Source of the DNA: Parcubacteria group bacterium Licking1014_17
Lineage (GTDB): Bacteria > Patescibacteriota > Minisyncoccia > 2-02-FULL-40-12 > IGHO2-01-FULL-4-A
Assembly: GCA_007376485.1 (NCBI GenBank)
Contig: VMGJ01000002.1
Location: forward strand, 15,134 to 79,133
Direction: 5' to 3'
DNA: 64,000 nucleotides
The notes below the pieces were generated by a model. It saw only the letters and a program-made list of their open reading frames with translations. It was not told the origin of the DNA and ran no database searches. Each line of letters starts with the position of its first letter. Position 1 is the stretch's first letter. The position numbers and the translations under genes were made by a program. Below, piece after piece: positions 9,826-21,369 of the stretch.

Positions 9826-10302
9826 TTAGTAATGCACATACACCGGCGTTCCGACATCGGCGAAATTGTAAAGCTGTTCCATGTCGCGATACGAAACATT
9901 AACGCAGCCATGGCTTCGCGGTGTGCCAAAGGCGTTATGCCAATAAGCGCCGTGAATATAATAACGAGGAAGGAAAAGGAGATTCCACTTTGTGTGAGGA
10001 AAGTTATAATACGTCCCGTTGCTGTTGCGTCCGAAATAATTCACAAACGGGATTTTTTGGCGGACGGTGAATTCCCCCGGCGGGGTTGGATACCACTTTA
10101 CTCCGGAAGAAATCAGGATGTTGCCGACTTCCGCATCGCCGAGATAATAACGGAGCCTTTGTTCGGTTAAATTAATATCAATTTTTTTCTTCGGTAACAG
10201 TTCATTAGGCACGGAGGCCGGCGCGTTAGCTTCTGAAACTAATGGAATAAAAGAAAAGAATATCGCTACTATAATGCCTACTGTTTTTAGCTTTGCACTC
10301 AT
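9826..10302 (-). CDS. L,D-transpeptidase (YkuD family)
   Basis: YIHGAYWH.AFG.PRSHGCVN catalytic motif; signal peptide. Confidence 0.9.
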   Translation of the reverse strand: MSAKLKTVGIIVAIFFSFIPLVSEANAPASVPNELLPKKKIDINLTEQRLRYYLGDAEVGNILISSGVKWYPTPPGEFTVRQKIPFVNYFGRNSNGTYYNFPHTKWNLLFLPRYYIHGAYWHNAFGTPRSHGCVNVSYRDMEQLYNFADVGTPVYVHY

Positions 10303-10379
10303 ATAAACTATGACGATTAATAACTCTCGGCGGTATGCCGTATTTTATCCGCCATAGCTTACCTATTGCACAATATCCC

Positions 10380-11036
10380 CTACTGCACAAGACGCGCCGA
10401 TACCACGAGGCGCTGTTTTGTTGAAAATAACGGCGTGCAGGTTATAAGCGTTAAATGAGGAGTGGGCGTGGGATTTAAAACGGAAACTTCGGTAGGCATG
10501 ACGGTTTTCACCTCATCAACCTCATAGGTATATCGCCCGCCCAGCCAGAGTACTATTATTCTGTCGCCTATCGCAACCGAATCCAGATTATAAAATGTTT
10601 TCTTGATCGGCGGGCGGTAAAGGAAGCGGTGTCCGAAAATAACCGTATTGCCGTTTTTGTCCGGTGTTGAAGTGCTCGGGTAAATCCAACCGCCTTTTGA
10701 AAGAGTGCCCGCATCCTTGCCGGTATAAATTGGCATATCAATATTCGCTTTCTCAATTATGACTCTGTTTGCCTGCGGCGCTTGGCCGGCTGTGCCGTTT
10801 GGCGCCTTATCACTGTTGCCAATTGCAGTATTTTGGAATGCCTCGACAACATCCGTCTGGCGCTGCAGTTCGGTAATCTTTTGAGACGTATCGCCCATAT
10901 ACCCGCCTCCGTGAAACAGATCGGGCATAAAAGGCAATAAAGCTAAAGCCGTCCCTGATACAACAAACACGATACCGATAATCAGGTATACTTTTCTTTT
11001 TTTAATCTTATTCTTTTTGGGCTTTAAAAAATTCAC
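10380..11036 (-). CDS. Sortase
   Basis: N-terminal TM, GNTVIFGHRF, LTLITCTP and conserved Arg in QRLVV. Confidence 0.92.
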   Translation of the reverse strand: MNFLKPKKNKIKKRKVYLIIGIVFVVSGTALALLPFMPDLFHGGGYMGDTSQKITELQRQTDVVEAFQNTAIGNSDKAPNGTAGQAPQANRVIIEKANIDMPIYTGKDAGTLSKGGWIYPSTSTPDKNGNTVIFGHRFLYRPPIKKTFYNLDSVAIGDRIIVLWLGGRYTYEVDEVKTVMPTEVSVLNPTPTPHLTLITCTPLFSTKQRLVVSARLVQ

Positions 11037-11112
11037 CTTTATTTTTAACCGCGCGCAAAAGAAGCCAAACCCCTCCTTTTGTGCGTATAAGCAACCCTTC
11101 TAATATTATAAG

Positions 11113-12882
11113 CTATTTGCCGATTTTCTTGAGAAACTTTCTTGGCGAAAATCCGATTCCGAAAGCAATCATCGCAAGTCCGGCTGTTATCATTGAAGCG
11201 AACATAGCGTAAAGCAATTCGAGATCGAGAGAAAAACCGGTATTCGGCAGGGTCGTGGCGGCGCCCAGCACTTCACCCGCTGGCGTGGGAGTGGGATATG
11301 CCGCCGCAATTACTATAGCAGGAGTTTCCGTGGGCGTCGGCTCGGGAATTTCTATGCTGGCACCGGCGACTGATCCGCCACTGCCGCCGCTGCTGCCATG
11401 ACTGGGATTATTGAACGCCCCGTTAATATCGCCGTTTACCAAAGTGCATATCTTATGGTCGCCGAAATTCAGAACTACCTGCCCGCCAGGAGCACAATCG
11501 TTTTCAAACCCTTTAAATTCATAGCCGCTGGGCGGACCATTTTCGCCTACATTGTAGGTCCCCGGCGCCAAGGAATAATAGGTACCTGCGCCCGAGCCGG
11601 CAGCTGGACTTCCGGAAACATCCGTACCGGAATTGTTCACATCAGCCAGTGTGGTTTTGATTAACATTCCTAAAATCCAATTCGGCTGAAGGAGCGTGGG
11701 TTGGAGAAGACTTCTCACATGAACAACGATATCCGAAGGCACGATTCCGCCGCCATGAGTGTTATTAACTACAGTGATGACAAAGAGAGTAGTGTCACCC
11801 GGCGGAGTTGGGGTCGGGGTCGGAGTTGGAGCTGGAGACACTGACCCTGATGGTGTGGGAGTGGGCGTAACACTGCCGGAAGGGGTAGGCGTGGGAGAAA
11901 CCGATCCCGAAGGCGTAGGTGTCGGTGTAACGCTGCCGGAAGGGGTAGGCGTGGGGCTGGAGGTTTCAGTCGGCGTGGGGGTAGGCGTGGGCGTTGGCGA
12001 AGGGCAGATAAATGTGGCTAACGACAAACCCGGAACATAATTGATTGTGGCATTGTTCCCGATATTAACTTTCTGGCCGTAGACAGCCGTGATATCACCA
12101 TTTGAAGATGGCTCCAGAAGTACGCCGCCATTTAAGGAATAAAAGACAACAGAATTGCCCGGGTTTGACTGGACATCAATAGAATTATCGCCGGTATTTT
12201 GCGATGAAACCAAAAGAAGAAATCCGGAACCGTTGGCGCCGGCTTTGGCATTTCCTTCCAATAGGATTGTGCCTTTTGCCATTACAACCGTGCCGGCAGC
12301 ACCGAACGAGGCGTCAATAAAGAAGCTTGAATTCATTCCTAAAATAATATTTCCGGTCACATAAATCGGTCCTTCAATTATGGCAGCTGCGCCAGGACCC
12401 AAAATTAAATTCCCATCAATTTTAACCGGACCTATAAAAGTGGGGTTGTTTAACATGGAAATAAGAACATCTCCAGTAATAGTTCCCCCTTCGGCGGCGG
12501 CATTTTCCCAATCGGATTCGCTGATTGGAGGAAGCGGCTCCGGAGCCGCGCCTTCGGTGACTGTGCCCGTAACTTTGATACCAAACGGCGGGATATTATT
12601 AATAGTTCCCGCGGCAGTGGCGTTCCCGTTTATTTTTGACCATGCTCCCGTAGCACCAACATTAGCATCTGAACGGACATTGCCATTCACCAAAGCATTA
12701 GCGCCTAAGCTGACATCTTTACTATCTGACTGTACCGCATAAGGAAAAGATATTGTCGTCCCCTGCTTACAGCTTGAATCCGCCCGGCTGTTTTGGGATT
12801 GGGCAATCAAAACAATGCCTACGACTATGGCAATTATTGAAAGAAAACTGACGCCGGTCCTCTTAATTGTTTTTGTGCTCAT
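11113..12882 (-). CDS. LPxTG-anchored surface protein with beta-helix-like domain and PT linker
   Basis: Signal peptide; GPIYVTGNI-type repeats; [10 protein letters not shown] repeats; GEVLGA...LPNTG followed by TM and basic tail. Confidence 0.85.
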   Translation of the reverse strand: MSTKTIKRTGVSFLSIIAIVVGIVLIAQSQNSRADSSCKQGTTISFPYAVQSDSKDVSLGANALVNGNVRSDANVGATGAWSKINGNATAAGTINNIPPFGIKVTGTVTEGAAPEPLPPISESDWENAAAEGGTITGDVLISMLNNPTFIGPVKIDGNLILGPGAAAIIEGPIYVTGNIILGMNSSFFIDASFGAAGTVVMAKGTILLEGNAKAGANGSGFLLLVSSQNTGDNSIDVQSNPGNSVVFYSLNGGVLLEPSSNGDITAVYGQKVNIGNNATINYVPGLSLATFICPSPTPTPTPTPTETSSPTPTPSGSVTPTPTPSGSVSPTPTPSGSVTPTPTPSGSVSPAPTPTPTPTPPGDTTLFVITVVNNTHGGGIVPSDIVVHVRSLLQPTLLQPNWILGMLIKTTLADVNNSGTDVSGSPAAGSGAGTYYSLAPGTYNVGENGPPSGYEFKGFENDCAPGGQVVLNFGDHKICTLVNGDINGAFNNPSHGSSGGSGGSVAGASIEIPEPTPTETPAIVIAAAYPTPTPAGEVLGAATTLPNTGFSLDLELLYAMFASMITAGLAMIAFGIGFSPRKFLKKIGK

Positions 12883-15800
12883 ACGCGTTTCCGGGTGGAA
12901 GGTTTTCTGACACGCCGTGTCGTTTTCCTTCCAGAACGGTTAATTAATTTTCTTTTTAATTTGGGTTTGCCCCTCGGCTTTCTTGACTTGCCCCGAATAT
13001 ATACCATTTCGTTGCCTATTGCAAAGAGCAATGCCAAGGCTGAAATAATTATCAATAAGGGGAAACTCTGGCTCTTGCCGCCAGGGGTTTTTGTTACCGG
13101 AACGTTTTGCCCGACTAGATCTGTTTGTGTAAGTTCAGCCGACTGATTTTCCGGGCTAAAAGTCGAGGCGCCTTTGACTTCGCCGCGCGAAGCAACACTA
13201 TCTGCGTTTGCCGCATTTGCCCCAATCGTATTGACCACGGCTTGAACAACTACCTTTTTTGCCTGCTCCTTCACTTTTTCAAGAACCGGCTCGTCTTTTT
13301 TGGGCTCGTCCAGATTCAACAGCTGGTTCTTTTGCCGTATTACTCCGTTATCGCTGTTGCCGATTATACTGAATGAACTTATAGCCGCCACTTCGGAAAT
13401 TACCTTCCTGAACGTGTAAGAATTAATTGCCTCAACATAAGCGGAATTCGTGTAAACCCCGGATTTCACATTTTCCGGAATCTCAAGCGAATAACTGATT
13501 TCAGCCTGTTCCCTGACGGCAAGCGTATCCAGCGGATAGGTGCTTTGAGCCATAATCTGCCCGTCAGGACCGCGCAGCGTGTCGTAAACTATGACGCTGT
13601 ACATGTCAATACCGCCGACGTTATGGGCGACGACAGTAAACTGAATCACGTCATGGGGACGAACGCCGGAGCTCGCGGCATCGTTTGTCTTGCTGACCAC
13701 AAGCGCCGCGGTTTGAACCGGTTCCGAGGAATATTGGGCGGCTTCCGTATAAGTTACGGTGGGATTCACGACCGGCATTACATTTTGATTTTGAGAATTT
13801 TGCGTTGATTCGTTATTTGGACCGTTCTGATTTGAATTATCCTGATTCTGGTTGCCACTCGGCGTTGACGAATCATTATTCTGCTGTTGGCTGTCCTGTT
13901 GATTTCCGGAGCTCCCAGAGTCCGGAGTCAACGCTGGCGATGTTGCCGGAGCCGGCGTCAACACTGTCTCGGTCAATACTGATTCGTTGTTTGATAAATT
14001 TTGCTCGGGTCCCATTCCACCTATGCGTGCGTAGGTTTGCACCGTCTCGCCGCCGGCAAAATCAGCGTTGGAATCCAAAGTAACGTCAAAACTGCTCTGG
14101 CTCTTGGGCGCTAATTTCCCGAGTGAAAATGTTATCATACCCAAGCTCTGACTGGCGGTGAAATCCTGAATGCCCGCCACGCTATCAAGCGTGAAAAATG
14201 AAGGATTGTAGCGCCATTCAAGGCTGGCGTCAGCCATGGAAGATTCCCCCTCATTTCCATAACCAATGCGGTATGTTACCGGCTGATTCTTGGCAGTCGG
14301 CAAGTCCGGAACCGGCTGTACGCGACTCTGGATGACGGACAAATCGGGATAACCAAAAATGACATTGCCGTCCCAAGTGCCAAAAATATTAATCATTCCA
14401 ATAAATAGGTCCGCGTTAATCAGATTCGTGTTGGCAAAATTGAGAATATTGGCGAGCGCCTTAGTGTTGCCGGAGAATATTTCGGCGTGCCTGATGCTCT
14501 CGGCTTCAACCGAGTTATTGCCCGAGTCGGTTCGTAGGTCAACATTATTATTAATATTTGCCGTATTTTCATTATCGATTGAAAACGAAGTTGACGAAGT
14601 TTCCGACGCCTGCACAAGGGTAGCTTCCATCAGTCCGTAATTGGGGCCGGTATCCTTAGCGCTTGCCGAGAAAAACGCCAGGCCGTTGGGCGTCTGGGCC
14701 AAAGCCACCTGGTCCGGGATAGAGTAAATACTGCCCGACCATGCACCCAAAGTGTTGACCATGCCCAAATACCATTTGCCGTTGTAAATCGTGCTGTCGG
14801 TGAAAGTGTTTACGTTGGAGACCGTCAGCGAGTCGCCGGTCTGGATATTTCCGTCGCGGATTTCACCGAGATCCTGGCTTGTGCTTCCCGTAGCCGCGAT
14901 TTCGTTGCCGCCGCTCGATGCGTCAACTAACACGTTATTGTTAATCGTTGATGTGTTCGTGTTCGCTATTTCCACATTGACCGTTCCCACGGTGTCGGCA
15001 TTGACATTTGTGCCGGTTACCGACGGTCCAATGCCGTAATGGTCGGCAAAATACATTTCGGACGGAAGCACCAAATCTCCCTTCCAGTCGCCGAAAATAT
15101 TTATTGACGAAATAGTCCAATGGGAATTAATAAGATTCGTGTTAACGATATTAAGAATATTGATAACCGCGTTAACGTCGCCCGTGTGAATATCGGCGGC
15201 GCGTTCGGTATTATTGATTTGATTCTCGCCCGAAACACCTAATGCACTCACGTTGTTCGTGATATTGGCGCTGTTTTTATTGGTAAGCTTGAATGAATTG
15301 ATGTTCTGGCACTGCGCGTCTCCGCACAAACCCTCGGCGAGAGTTTTTGTGATTTCGGATGAACCGGCGTCGGGATTATTGAGCAACAGGTCAGTCGAAA
15401 GATTATTGAAATTCTCAAATATCTGAGTGATGTCCGAATTTACGAGATTTGTGTTGACGACGTTCACGACGTTTGCATAGAGATTCACTTCGCCGCTGTT
15501 TATCTCGCTATATCTGCTTCCCGGCTCCGAATTAATCGCGTTCCGGCCGCTGATGCCCTGCACGTCCGCGTTGTTTGTGACTTTGACGTCGTTCGTGTTG
15601 ATAATTTCAACGACTGTCTGAAGATTCTGCCCCTCATCAACCACCAAACCATCAGGCTGGGTTATTTTCAGCTCGGAAGCGGGAACGCAGGTGTTTTGAG
15701 GCACATCCGACGGGCTTGGAGACGGAGACGGCGTCATTTCCGCGCTTAGCGAACTTACTAGAGCCAGCGAATCAAAACTCGGTGAAGCTAAAACTTCTGA

Positions 15801-16304
15801 ATTATCAGGCGAAGGAGTCGGTGTCGGGGTATGAATAATAACGCATGGCATTGCTTCCTGTCCTTCCGCTGATGAACTGGCTGTGCTCACAACCGGAGTA
15901 TCGCCGACACCGCCGGCATTTACATTCTGTTGGAGAACGGCATTGCCGCCAGCCGCCGATGCGTCATTTATTGTAATTGTGAAATCCGGAGTGCTTGAAA
16001 TCGGCGAGGGTGTCGGTGTCACCACGGTTTCGGATACATTTCCAGTATCGGGTTGGGTTTCAGGGCTCACTGCCGGAAATTGGCTTACTGACGGTTCCGG
16101 CGTGAGCGAAGGAATTGGCTCCACGACAACATTTACATCAACCAGTTGATCGGCAGGCGGTATCGTCTCCATGGCATAAACTTTTCCGGCGGAAATTATG
16201 AAAGGAAAGATAATCAGATTAAGTATGAAAATGGACGCCACAAAACGCCGCCCCAAGCGAACGAGATTTTTATTAAAAAGTAATTGTCGACCGGCTGTTT
16301 TCAT
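12879..16304 (-). CDS. Large surface protein with Asn/Thr-rich repeats, DUF11-like domains and C-terminal TM
   Basis: Four N.A.I.NNV...SG.N...I.TG repeats; DUF11-like VSKT...IQFTVV.HNVG...V.VYDTL; TM plus basic tail. Confidence 0.8.
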   Translation of the reverse strand: MKTAGRQLLFNKNLVRLGRRFVASIFILNLIIFPFIISAGKVYAMETIPPADQLVDVNVVVEPIPSLTPEPSVSQFPAVSPETQPDTGNVSETVVTPTPSPISSTPDFTITINDASAAGGNAVLQQNVNAGGVGDTPVVSTASSSAEGQEAMPCVIIHTPTPTPSPDNSEVLASPSFDSLALVSSLSAEMTPSPSPSPSDVPQNTCVPASELKITQPDGLVVDEGQNLQTVVEIINTNDVKVTNNADVQGISGRNAINSEPGSRYSEINSGEVNLYANVVNVVNTNLVNSDITQIFENFNNLSTDLLLNNPDAGSSEITKTLAEGLCGDAQCQNINSFKLTNKNSANITNNVSALGVSGENQINNTERAADIHTGDVNAVINILNIVNTNLINSHWTISSINIFGDWKGDLVLPSEMYFADHYGIGPSVTGTNVNADTVGTVNVEIANTNTSTINNNVLVDASSGGNEIAATGSTSQDLGEIRDGNIQTGDSLTVSNVNTFTDSTIYNGKWYLGMVNTLGAWSGSIYSIPDQVALAQTPNGLAFFSASAKDTGPNYGLMEATLVQASETSSTSFSIDNENTANINNNVDLRTDSGNNSVEAESIRHAEIFSGNTKALANILNFANTNLINADLFIGMINIFGTWDGNVIFGYPDLSVIQSRVQPVPDLPTAKNQPVTYRIGYGNEGESSMADASLEWRYNPSFFTLDSVAGIQDFTASQSLGMITFSLGKLAPKSQSSFDVTLDSNADFAGGETVQTYARIGGMGPEQNLSNNESVLTETVLTPAPATSPALTPDSGSSGNQQDSQQQNNDSSTPSGNQNQDNSNQNGPNNESTQNSQNQNVMPVVNPTVTYTEAAQYSSEPVQTAALVVSKTNDAASSGVRPHDVIQFTVVAHNVGGIDMYSVIVYDTLRGPDGQIMAQSTYPLDTLAVREQAEISYSLEIPENVKSGVYTNSAYVEAINSYTFRKVISEVAAISSFSIIGNSDNGVIRQKNQLLNLDEPKKDEPVLEKVKEQAKKVVVQAVVNTIGANAANADSVASRGEVKGASTFSPENQSAELTQTDLVGQNVPVTKTPGGKSQSFPLLIIISALALLFAIGNEMVYIRGKSRKPRGKPKLKRKLINRSGRKTTRRVRKPSTRKRV

Positions 16305-16360
16305 GTCCTACCCGAACGTTCCCGGGGAGCGTTCAGCCCCCCGGGAACAATCCGTACGAG

Positions 16361-16957
16361 TTATTTAATCGTCTTCTTAACTATCTTATTGAAGAGATTG
16401 AAAACCGTGCTTGTCTGGGTGGCAGAATCGCTGGTGCCAGTCCACATGCTGGTCGCTTTCAGAGTACCATCGGCAAAAACGGTATTCGTTCCGGTATTGC
16501 CAAAAGCGCCGACCAAGGTCTTGAATGTGACTCCCTGAGTGGAGTCTGTGTCGGTTATTGCTTTGTCTTTGTTCTTGATTATGGCTTCCGAACCCGCGTC
16601 TACGGTCTCAATCTTGTCGGCGCTGGTGTTGCTCGACTCGACTGATACGTCAACGGACGTGCTGTTGGCGGCATCCTCGGTTGAAGTCGCGGCTTGCGTA
16701 TTGCCGGTAGACATTGATGTCGCGCTCTGGTCATCGGTTGATGACACGACGTTACTGCCTGAATTTGACGATGCCGAAACACTGGTGTGGGTAATGTTTG
16801 CCGTGTTCGCCGTATCCATGAACGCGCCGAAGAACACGCGATTCCTAATCTTGGCAAACGAACCTTCGGTAATGCCAGTGATTGTCGCGGCATGGGTGAT
16901 GCCCGCTGTAAAAGCGATCACTCCCAAGACCGTCAATAATACTGCTACTTTTTTCAT
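16361..16957 (-). CDS. Secreted Thr/Asn/Ser-rich repeat protein (paralog 1)
   Basis: Signal peptide; two SG.N...TG repeat units; colinear with 17060-17650. Confidence 0.8.
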   Translation of the reverse strand: MKKVAVLLTVLGVIAFTAGITHAATITGITEGSFAKIRNRVFFGAFMDTANTANITHTSVSASSNSGSNVVSSTDDQSATSMSTGNTQAATSTEDAANSTSVDVSVESSNTSADKIETVDAGSEAIIKNKDKAITDTDSTQGVTFKTLVGAFGNTGTNTVFADGTLKATSMWTGTSDSATQTSTVFNLFNKIVKKTIK

Positions 16958-17059
16958 TTTTTACATGTCATCACGGGGAGGATAATGGCTATTCTGAAAT
17001 AGACACTATCCCGCGCCAAGATGACATTTTTTAAACACAAAAAATAACCCTTGTGGGTC

Positions 17060-17650
17060 TTATTTAATCGTACGCGTGATGGTGAAAGCCGAAATATTGA
17101 ACAGATTGGCTAAACCTGTCGCTGTTTGAGCTATGCCGGTCTTCATCACCGTATCCCTAAGTTTATCGCCGGAAATCACCGCATTGCTGCCTGTTGTGGC
17201 AATGGCAGCGATAGCATTGGTGTTCTTAATGTCGTTTTTATTATCCAGATCTATTTTAACTTCATCTTCGTTCTTAATTTTGGCATCGGAACCGTCGCTG
17301 ACATTGCTGATTGCATCATCCGTTGTCGAAGCCGATTCTACTGCCACGGCTGCTGTTGTTTCATTCGCTTCGTTTGTTACCATCGTCGCCGCTGTCGTAT
17401 CGCCGGTTGTAACACTGGTTGCTCTTTGTTCTCCGGCAGAGGTTACGGTGTTATTGCCCGAACCCGAGGAAGAAGTGACCGTGTTCGTGATGGTGGCTTT
17501 GTTGTTGTTGTCCAGGAAAACTCCGACAAAGAAAGAGTTGAATATCTTTCCTGTCGAACCTCCATTGATGCCGGTTATGGTCGAAGCCGAAACCGAGCCT
17601 GCAATCGCGAAAACGAATATAACTAAGGATACCACTAATAATTTTCTCAT
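17060..17650 (-). CDS. Secreted Thr/Asn/Ser-rich repeat protein (paralog 2)
   Basis: AGGAGG RBS before ATG at 17650; signal peptide; same repeats as paralog 1. Confidence 0.8.
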   Translation of the reverse strand: MRKLLVVSLVIFVFAIAGSVSASTITGINGGSTGKIFNSFFVGVFLDNNNKATITNTVTSSSGSGNNTVTSAGEQRATSVTTGDTTAATMVTNEANETTAAVAVESASTTDDAISNVSDGSDAKIKNEDEVKIDLDNKNDIKNTNAIAAIATTGSNAVISGDKLRDTVMKTGIAQTATGLANLFNISAFTITRTIK

Positions 17651-17989
17651 ATACACCTCCTTCCTATTAAACTAGTTACCTCCAGGTAAACTAGCGCGCA
17701 CTTTACTCTGGAAATAAATTTCCCAGATTTAACCCTTATAACACGACAACCTTTTTTTGTGCAAGATATTGACAAGAATAGATGTTGATAACTTAAAAAT
17801 AACAACAATATCGGCAAAAATATTTTAAACCACAGATTGTGATGAATTTATACTACGAAAAGGCTCTGGAATAAATTATTTTTCAACCTTCGACCTGTTT
17901 TAATCTTACTCATACAACGGCTAATCTTCAGAGTTCGTGACTGCAACGCGGATTCCGTGAAAATAATCAGAATTTTTTTCCTGCCGATG

Positions 17990-19321
17990 TTAGTTACCGT
18001 AACTGCATTGTTTAACGTAGCCAAACGCCGGATCTCTAAAAACATAATTTGAACAGGAAACACTATTGGTGTACGTGCCGTAGTAGAATATATTGTTGGC
18101 GCCATAACGCACCTGGTGTGTGCCGTTGAAGTAGCACATTTGGTTTTCACCGGCGCAGAATGTCCAACCGCTCTGATATGAACCGCTGCCGCCGATATTT
18201 ACATTCAAAGCTCCACAGCTGTTGGTTGAGGCGCAGATTACAACCACCGTGGCGCTGTTAGTCATGCCCGTAAGCGTCATATTACTGCCGCTAAGGTTTA
18301 CCTGCATCGAGCCCGGATTGGAATTATAAGCCGCGTAATAACTGCCGCCAGAACCGCCATAAATCGAGATGTTCATGCTCTGGCCTATGGTTAAGCTGGG
18401 ATTATTCTGGCTGAATGAAAGCTGATTATTATAATTATAGTTGTAGTTGTTGTAAGATGAGCCCGACCCAACGGTAATATAAAGCGTGCCACAATATGAC
18501 TGGTTGTAAGAGCAAACGCGGAGCGAGCCCGAGCCGGTATTTTTGCCGATAATCGTAATAGTGTTGTTGCCGATTACAGAGTCGAAGATATTAAGAGTGT
18601 CAGGAAACATGTTGTAAGGCGTGGCACCGCCGGAAATAGTGATGCTCGCCGTCCCGCCGATGTTGATGCTGACGTTATTCTGGCTGAATGAGATTTGACC
18701 GCCGCCCATATTGCCGCCGGATTGGTATTGAACAGTCACATAAATGCTGGCGCAATTGGACGAGTATGAACTTAAGCAGATGGTTATAGTCGCTGAACCG
18801 TAATTACTGCCATAAACGGAAATCTGACTGCCGCTGATGCTGGATGTGGCGACTGAAGGATTGGTATTTCCGGAAATATAAATCGAGGCACCGCTGTTAT
18901 AAGCCGTAATCGTAGACGACTGCCCGATCGTCAGCGTGAGATTCGTCTGGCTCAATGATAAACTGCCGCTTCCGCCCGTGCCGGGCCAGGTGACACTTGA
19001 CGACTGCTGGCTGTTAACCATGACATATGCCTGACTGCCGGGAATTACGCCGTAAAAAGATGTACTAAACACAATTGAGAAATATCCGTTATAATCCGTC
19101 ATTCCGATATACTGCGATTGCTGGCCGTAATAATTTTTCTGGTAATACAGCGTAACGCTCGAATTCGAGTCGCCGTTGACTGTCATTTGAACATTATCCC
19201 CGCTGCCGGTGGCGGAAACCGACAACACAGGACTCATGGCATGAACGCTCGCCGAAATAGCCCAAAAACCGCCGATAATAACCGTGCTTACAACAAAAAC
19301 CCGTAATATGTTTTTACACAT
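17990..19321 (-). CDS. Secreted Ser/Gly/Tyr-rich protein with Ig-like repeats and Cys-rich C-terminal domain
   Basis: Signal peptide; three LS.SQ.N..L.IG repeats; W.FCAGEN..C.F.GT..VRYGAN...DP..G..KQC. Confidence 0.75.
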   Translation of the reverse strand: MCKNILRVFVVSTVIIGGFWAISASVHAMSPVLSVSATGSGDNVQMTVNGDSNSSVTLYYQKNYYGQQSQYIGMTDYNGYFSIVFSTSFYGVIPGSQAYVMVNSQQSSSVTWPGTGGSGSLSLSQTNLTLTIGQSSTITAYNSGASIYISGNTNPSVATSSISGSQISVYGSNYGSATITICLSSYSSNCASIYVTVQYQSGGNMGGGQISFSQNNVSINIGGTASITISGGATPYNMFPDTLNIFDSVIGNNTITIIGKNTGSGSLRVCSYNQSYCGTLYITVGSGSSYNNYNYNYNNQLSFSQNNPSLTIGQSMNISIYGGSGGSYYAAYNSNPGSMQVNLSGSNMTLTGMTNSATVVVICASTNSCGALNVNIGGSGSYQSGWTFCAGENQMCYFNGTHQVRYGANNIFYYGTYTNSVSCSNYVFRDPAFGYVKQCSYGN

Positions 19322-19496
19322 AGTATTTAAATTATTGCTTATTACTATGAGTTATACTAAATGACAATATTTTGCAATAGCACGGGTAATATGGATACTT
19401 AGAGTCTAAAATAAACAAGGGATTGACAATAGAATACGGCACATATTAAAATCGCAGTGTGTAATTATGCACTTTTTAAAATTGGAGGTGAAAAAT

Positions 19497-19772
19497 ATGA
19501 GTTGGGTTGAAAGAACACGAAAACTCTCTAAGGGGGCCAGGAAATACTACAGAAATAAAAAGAAGAACGAGCGGCTTTCTGTCGAAGGAAAGGGCAACCG
19601 TTCGCGTGTCCAAGCCGACAAGTGGCTAACGGAGCACAAATTGCCCATCCCGCAAAATCCACTACCCAATAGGAAGCTAAAACCAAAACCGATCGCGTTG
19701 CCTCCTCCGCCACCCATACCACCTAAACGATTACTCGAAGACCCATGGGCTTGGCTTTGGCGCCAACTCTGA
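19497..19772 (+). CDS. Hypothetical basic protein
   Basis: GGAGGT RBS, upstream TTGACA...TAAAAT, downstream terminator. Confidence 0.5.
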   Translation: MSWVERTRKLSKGARKYYRNKKKNERLSVEGKGNRSRVQADKWLTEHKLPIPQNPLPNRKLKPKPIALPPPPPIPPKRLLEDPWAWLWRQL

Positions 19773-19794
19773 GAGTATTTTTACTCTCTTCCCC

Positions 19795-19827
19795 AAAAAA
19801 GATATCGTCTCTACGATATCTTTTTTT
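19795..19827. terminator. Bidirectional intrinsic terminator
   Basis: AAAAAAGATATCGT-ctct-ACGATATCTTTTTT between convergent genes. Confidence 0.7.
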
Positions 19828-19842
19828 CTTTTTTTCGGCCCC

Positions 19843-20331
19843 CTAAAACAATACTCCCCAGACAAAAATTACCGTCGCGACAGCCAGTATCAGCAGTTTT
19901 CCGAACGTTCCGAGGAAAAAACCGAATAAAGCGCCGGCTGCTACTTTAAGAGACTGCTTTACATTCTTGCTGGCCGCGAACTCCAAAATCGCGCCGCCGA
20001 ATATTGAACCAAGTATGAGACCAGGCAAACTAAAAAGGAGAGCGCCTACAATCCCGCCCAAAATTGAACCGATAATTCCGTATTTGCCGCCGCCGAATTT
20101 TTTCACGCTGTAAACTCCGGCTATCAGGTCGGCCAGCATGTAAAGCACGCAGAAAACAACAATCAGCCAGAAATTAATTTTTCCGAGAGAATTCATCCCC
20201 CATTGAGCTATGTAAATGCCAACGGCACCCAGAGTCAGTAGGGCTCCGGGGAAAACCGGAATTACGGTCACTACGAAAGCCGCGATGAGCAAAATTATGA
20301 TAGCAACCGCCAATGTAATTGAAGTAATCAT
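19843..20331 (-). CDS. DUF456 family membrane protein
   Basis: IPVFPG, KKFGGGKYG, G..LG...GGA..E. Confidence 0.8.
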   Translation of the reverse strand: MITSITLAVAIIILLIAAFVVTVIPVFPGALLTLGAVGIYIAQWGMNSLGKINFWLIVVFCVLYMLADLIAGVYSVKKFGGGKYGIIGSILGGIVGALLFSLPGLILGSIFGGAILEFAASKNVKQSLKVAAGALFGFFLGTFGKLLILAVATVIFVWGVLF

Positions 20332-20332
20332 A

Positions 20333-20833
20333 TTACGGTTGGAAAAGCTCCTCCGGAGAAAAGCGAACCTGTTTTACTTCGGGAAATTGTTTTGCGGTGG
20401 CTTCGATTTGAAACCAAAGTATGCCCGCGCGGCATGATCCCCCGCTGGTACGGTTCACCGGGTCGTCAAACGTCAGTATGAGTGTCCCACCCGATAATGA
20501 CGCGGCTTTCAGCGCAAATCCCGGCAATGGATATTCCGTGCTGATGCCTTGGGCTTTTTCCTCCGGAGTCAGCGCGCCGGAAATAAGCAAACGGACAGTG
20601 TCCTGAATCGGCGTCTGCGTTACCGGAATACTTCTTTCTATAGAAACAAGCCCTTGGCGGCTACACTGAATATTACCCGAGGCGTCTTGGTCCTTTTTCG
20701 CGTTATAATAGTACAACAGCATGGTTCGCGTCGGACTTTCTTTTTCCCCGCCCTTAGGTATTTTATAAATCCACACACCTAAACCAACAAGAATAATAAC
20801 CGCCGGCACAATAAAAAGTAGTTTTGTTTTCAT
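20333..20833 (-). CDS. GerMN domain protein
   Basis: LL.G.LT.EE..QG, GGSCR....QIEATAKQFPEV..V. Confidence 0.8.
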   Translation of the reverse strand: MKTKLLFIVPAVIILVGLGVWIYKIPKGGEKESPTRTMLLYYYNAKKDQDASGNIQCSRQGLVSIERSIPVTQTPIQDTVRLLISGALTPEEKAQGISTEYPLPGFALKAASLSGGTLILTFDDPVNRTSGGSCRAGILWFQIEATAKQFPEVKQVRFSPEELFQP

Positions 20834-20987
20834 ATAACAATTATAACATTACGGCGGAAGATTTACCGAAACCGCTTGCCATTTTACTTTCCGTGTTTTA
20901 GTATTGGCTGTGACTTATAAAAGAAGTTAACCATTATTTACTGATACCCACAGCACATTGTTATTTTACGTAAAGGAGGTGAGAAAG

Positions 20988-21242
20988 TTGGAATTGTTAG
21001 TTCTACAAGATAGCGATGACAGCACGCTTTCCGGCACGGACCCAGAGTCAATACTTCTCAATGCGGAAACTAAAAGAATAATAGCCGTTGAGATCATCAA
21101 AGGAAAAAAGAAATGCAGGATTATTTACCAGGGATCGAGTTTTTCAGAAGAAGATTTTGAAGAAAAGATGGAGAAATTTGACAAACCACCGGGAAGTTTT
21201 TCACGAGCCATTTCTCTGGACACAGAACTGATAAAACCATAA
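20988..21242 (+). CDS. Hypothetical protein
   Basis: AAGGAGGT RBS, TTG start, terminator at about 21278-21305. Confidence 0.45.
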   Translation: MELLVLQDSDDSTLSGTDPESILLNAETKRIIAVEIIKGKKKCRIIYQGSSFSEEDFEEKMEKFDKPPGSFSRAISLDTELIKP

Positions 21243-21369
21243 CCTGCCCAGGTTCGCATCCGCCATTTTTATTCTTTAAAAAGCCGCTTAATCGCGGCTT
21301 TTTTATTTCAAATAAAAAGAAAGCCCACCCCATGTGAAACGCGCGTGGGGCAGGCGTAATGTTTGGAAG

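Noticed and set aside
11800-12005. Tandem DNA repeat or contingency locus
   Set aside because: Synonymously diverged codons for a Pro-Thr linker, which is ordinary for surface proteins
16539-17675. Long plus-strand ORFs antisense to the repeat proteins, and similar shadow ORFs across the window
   Set aside because: Antisense shadows of biased coding sequence with no RBS or motifs
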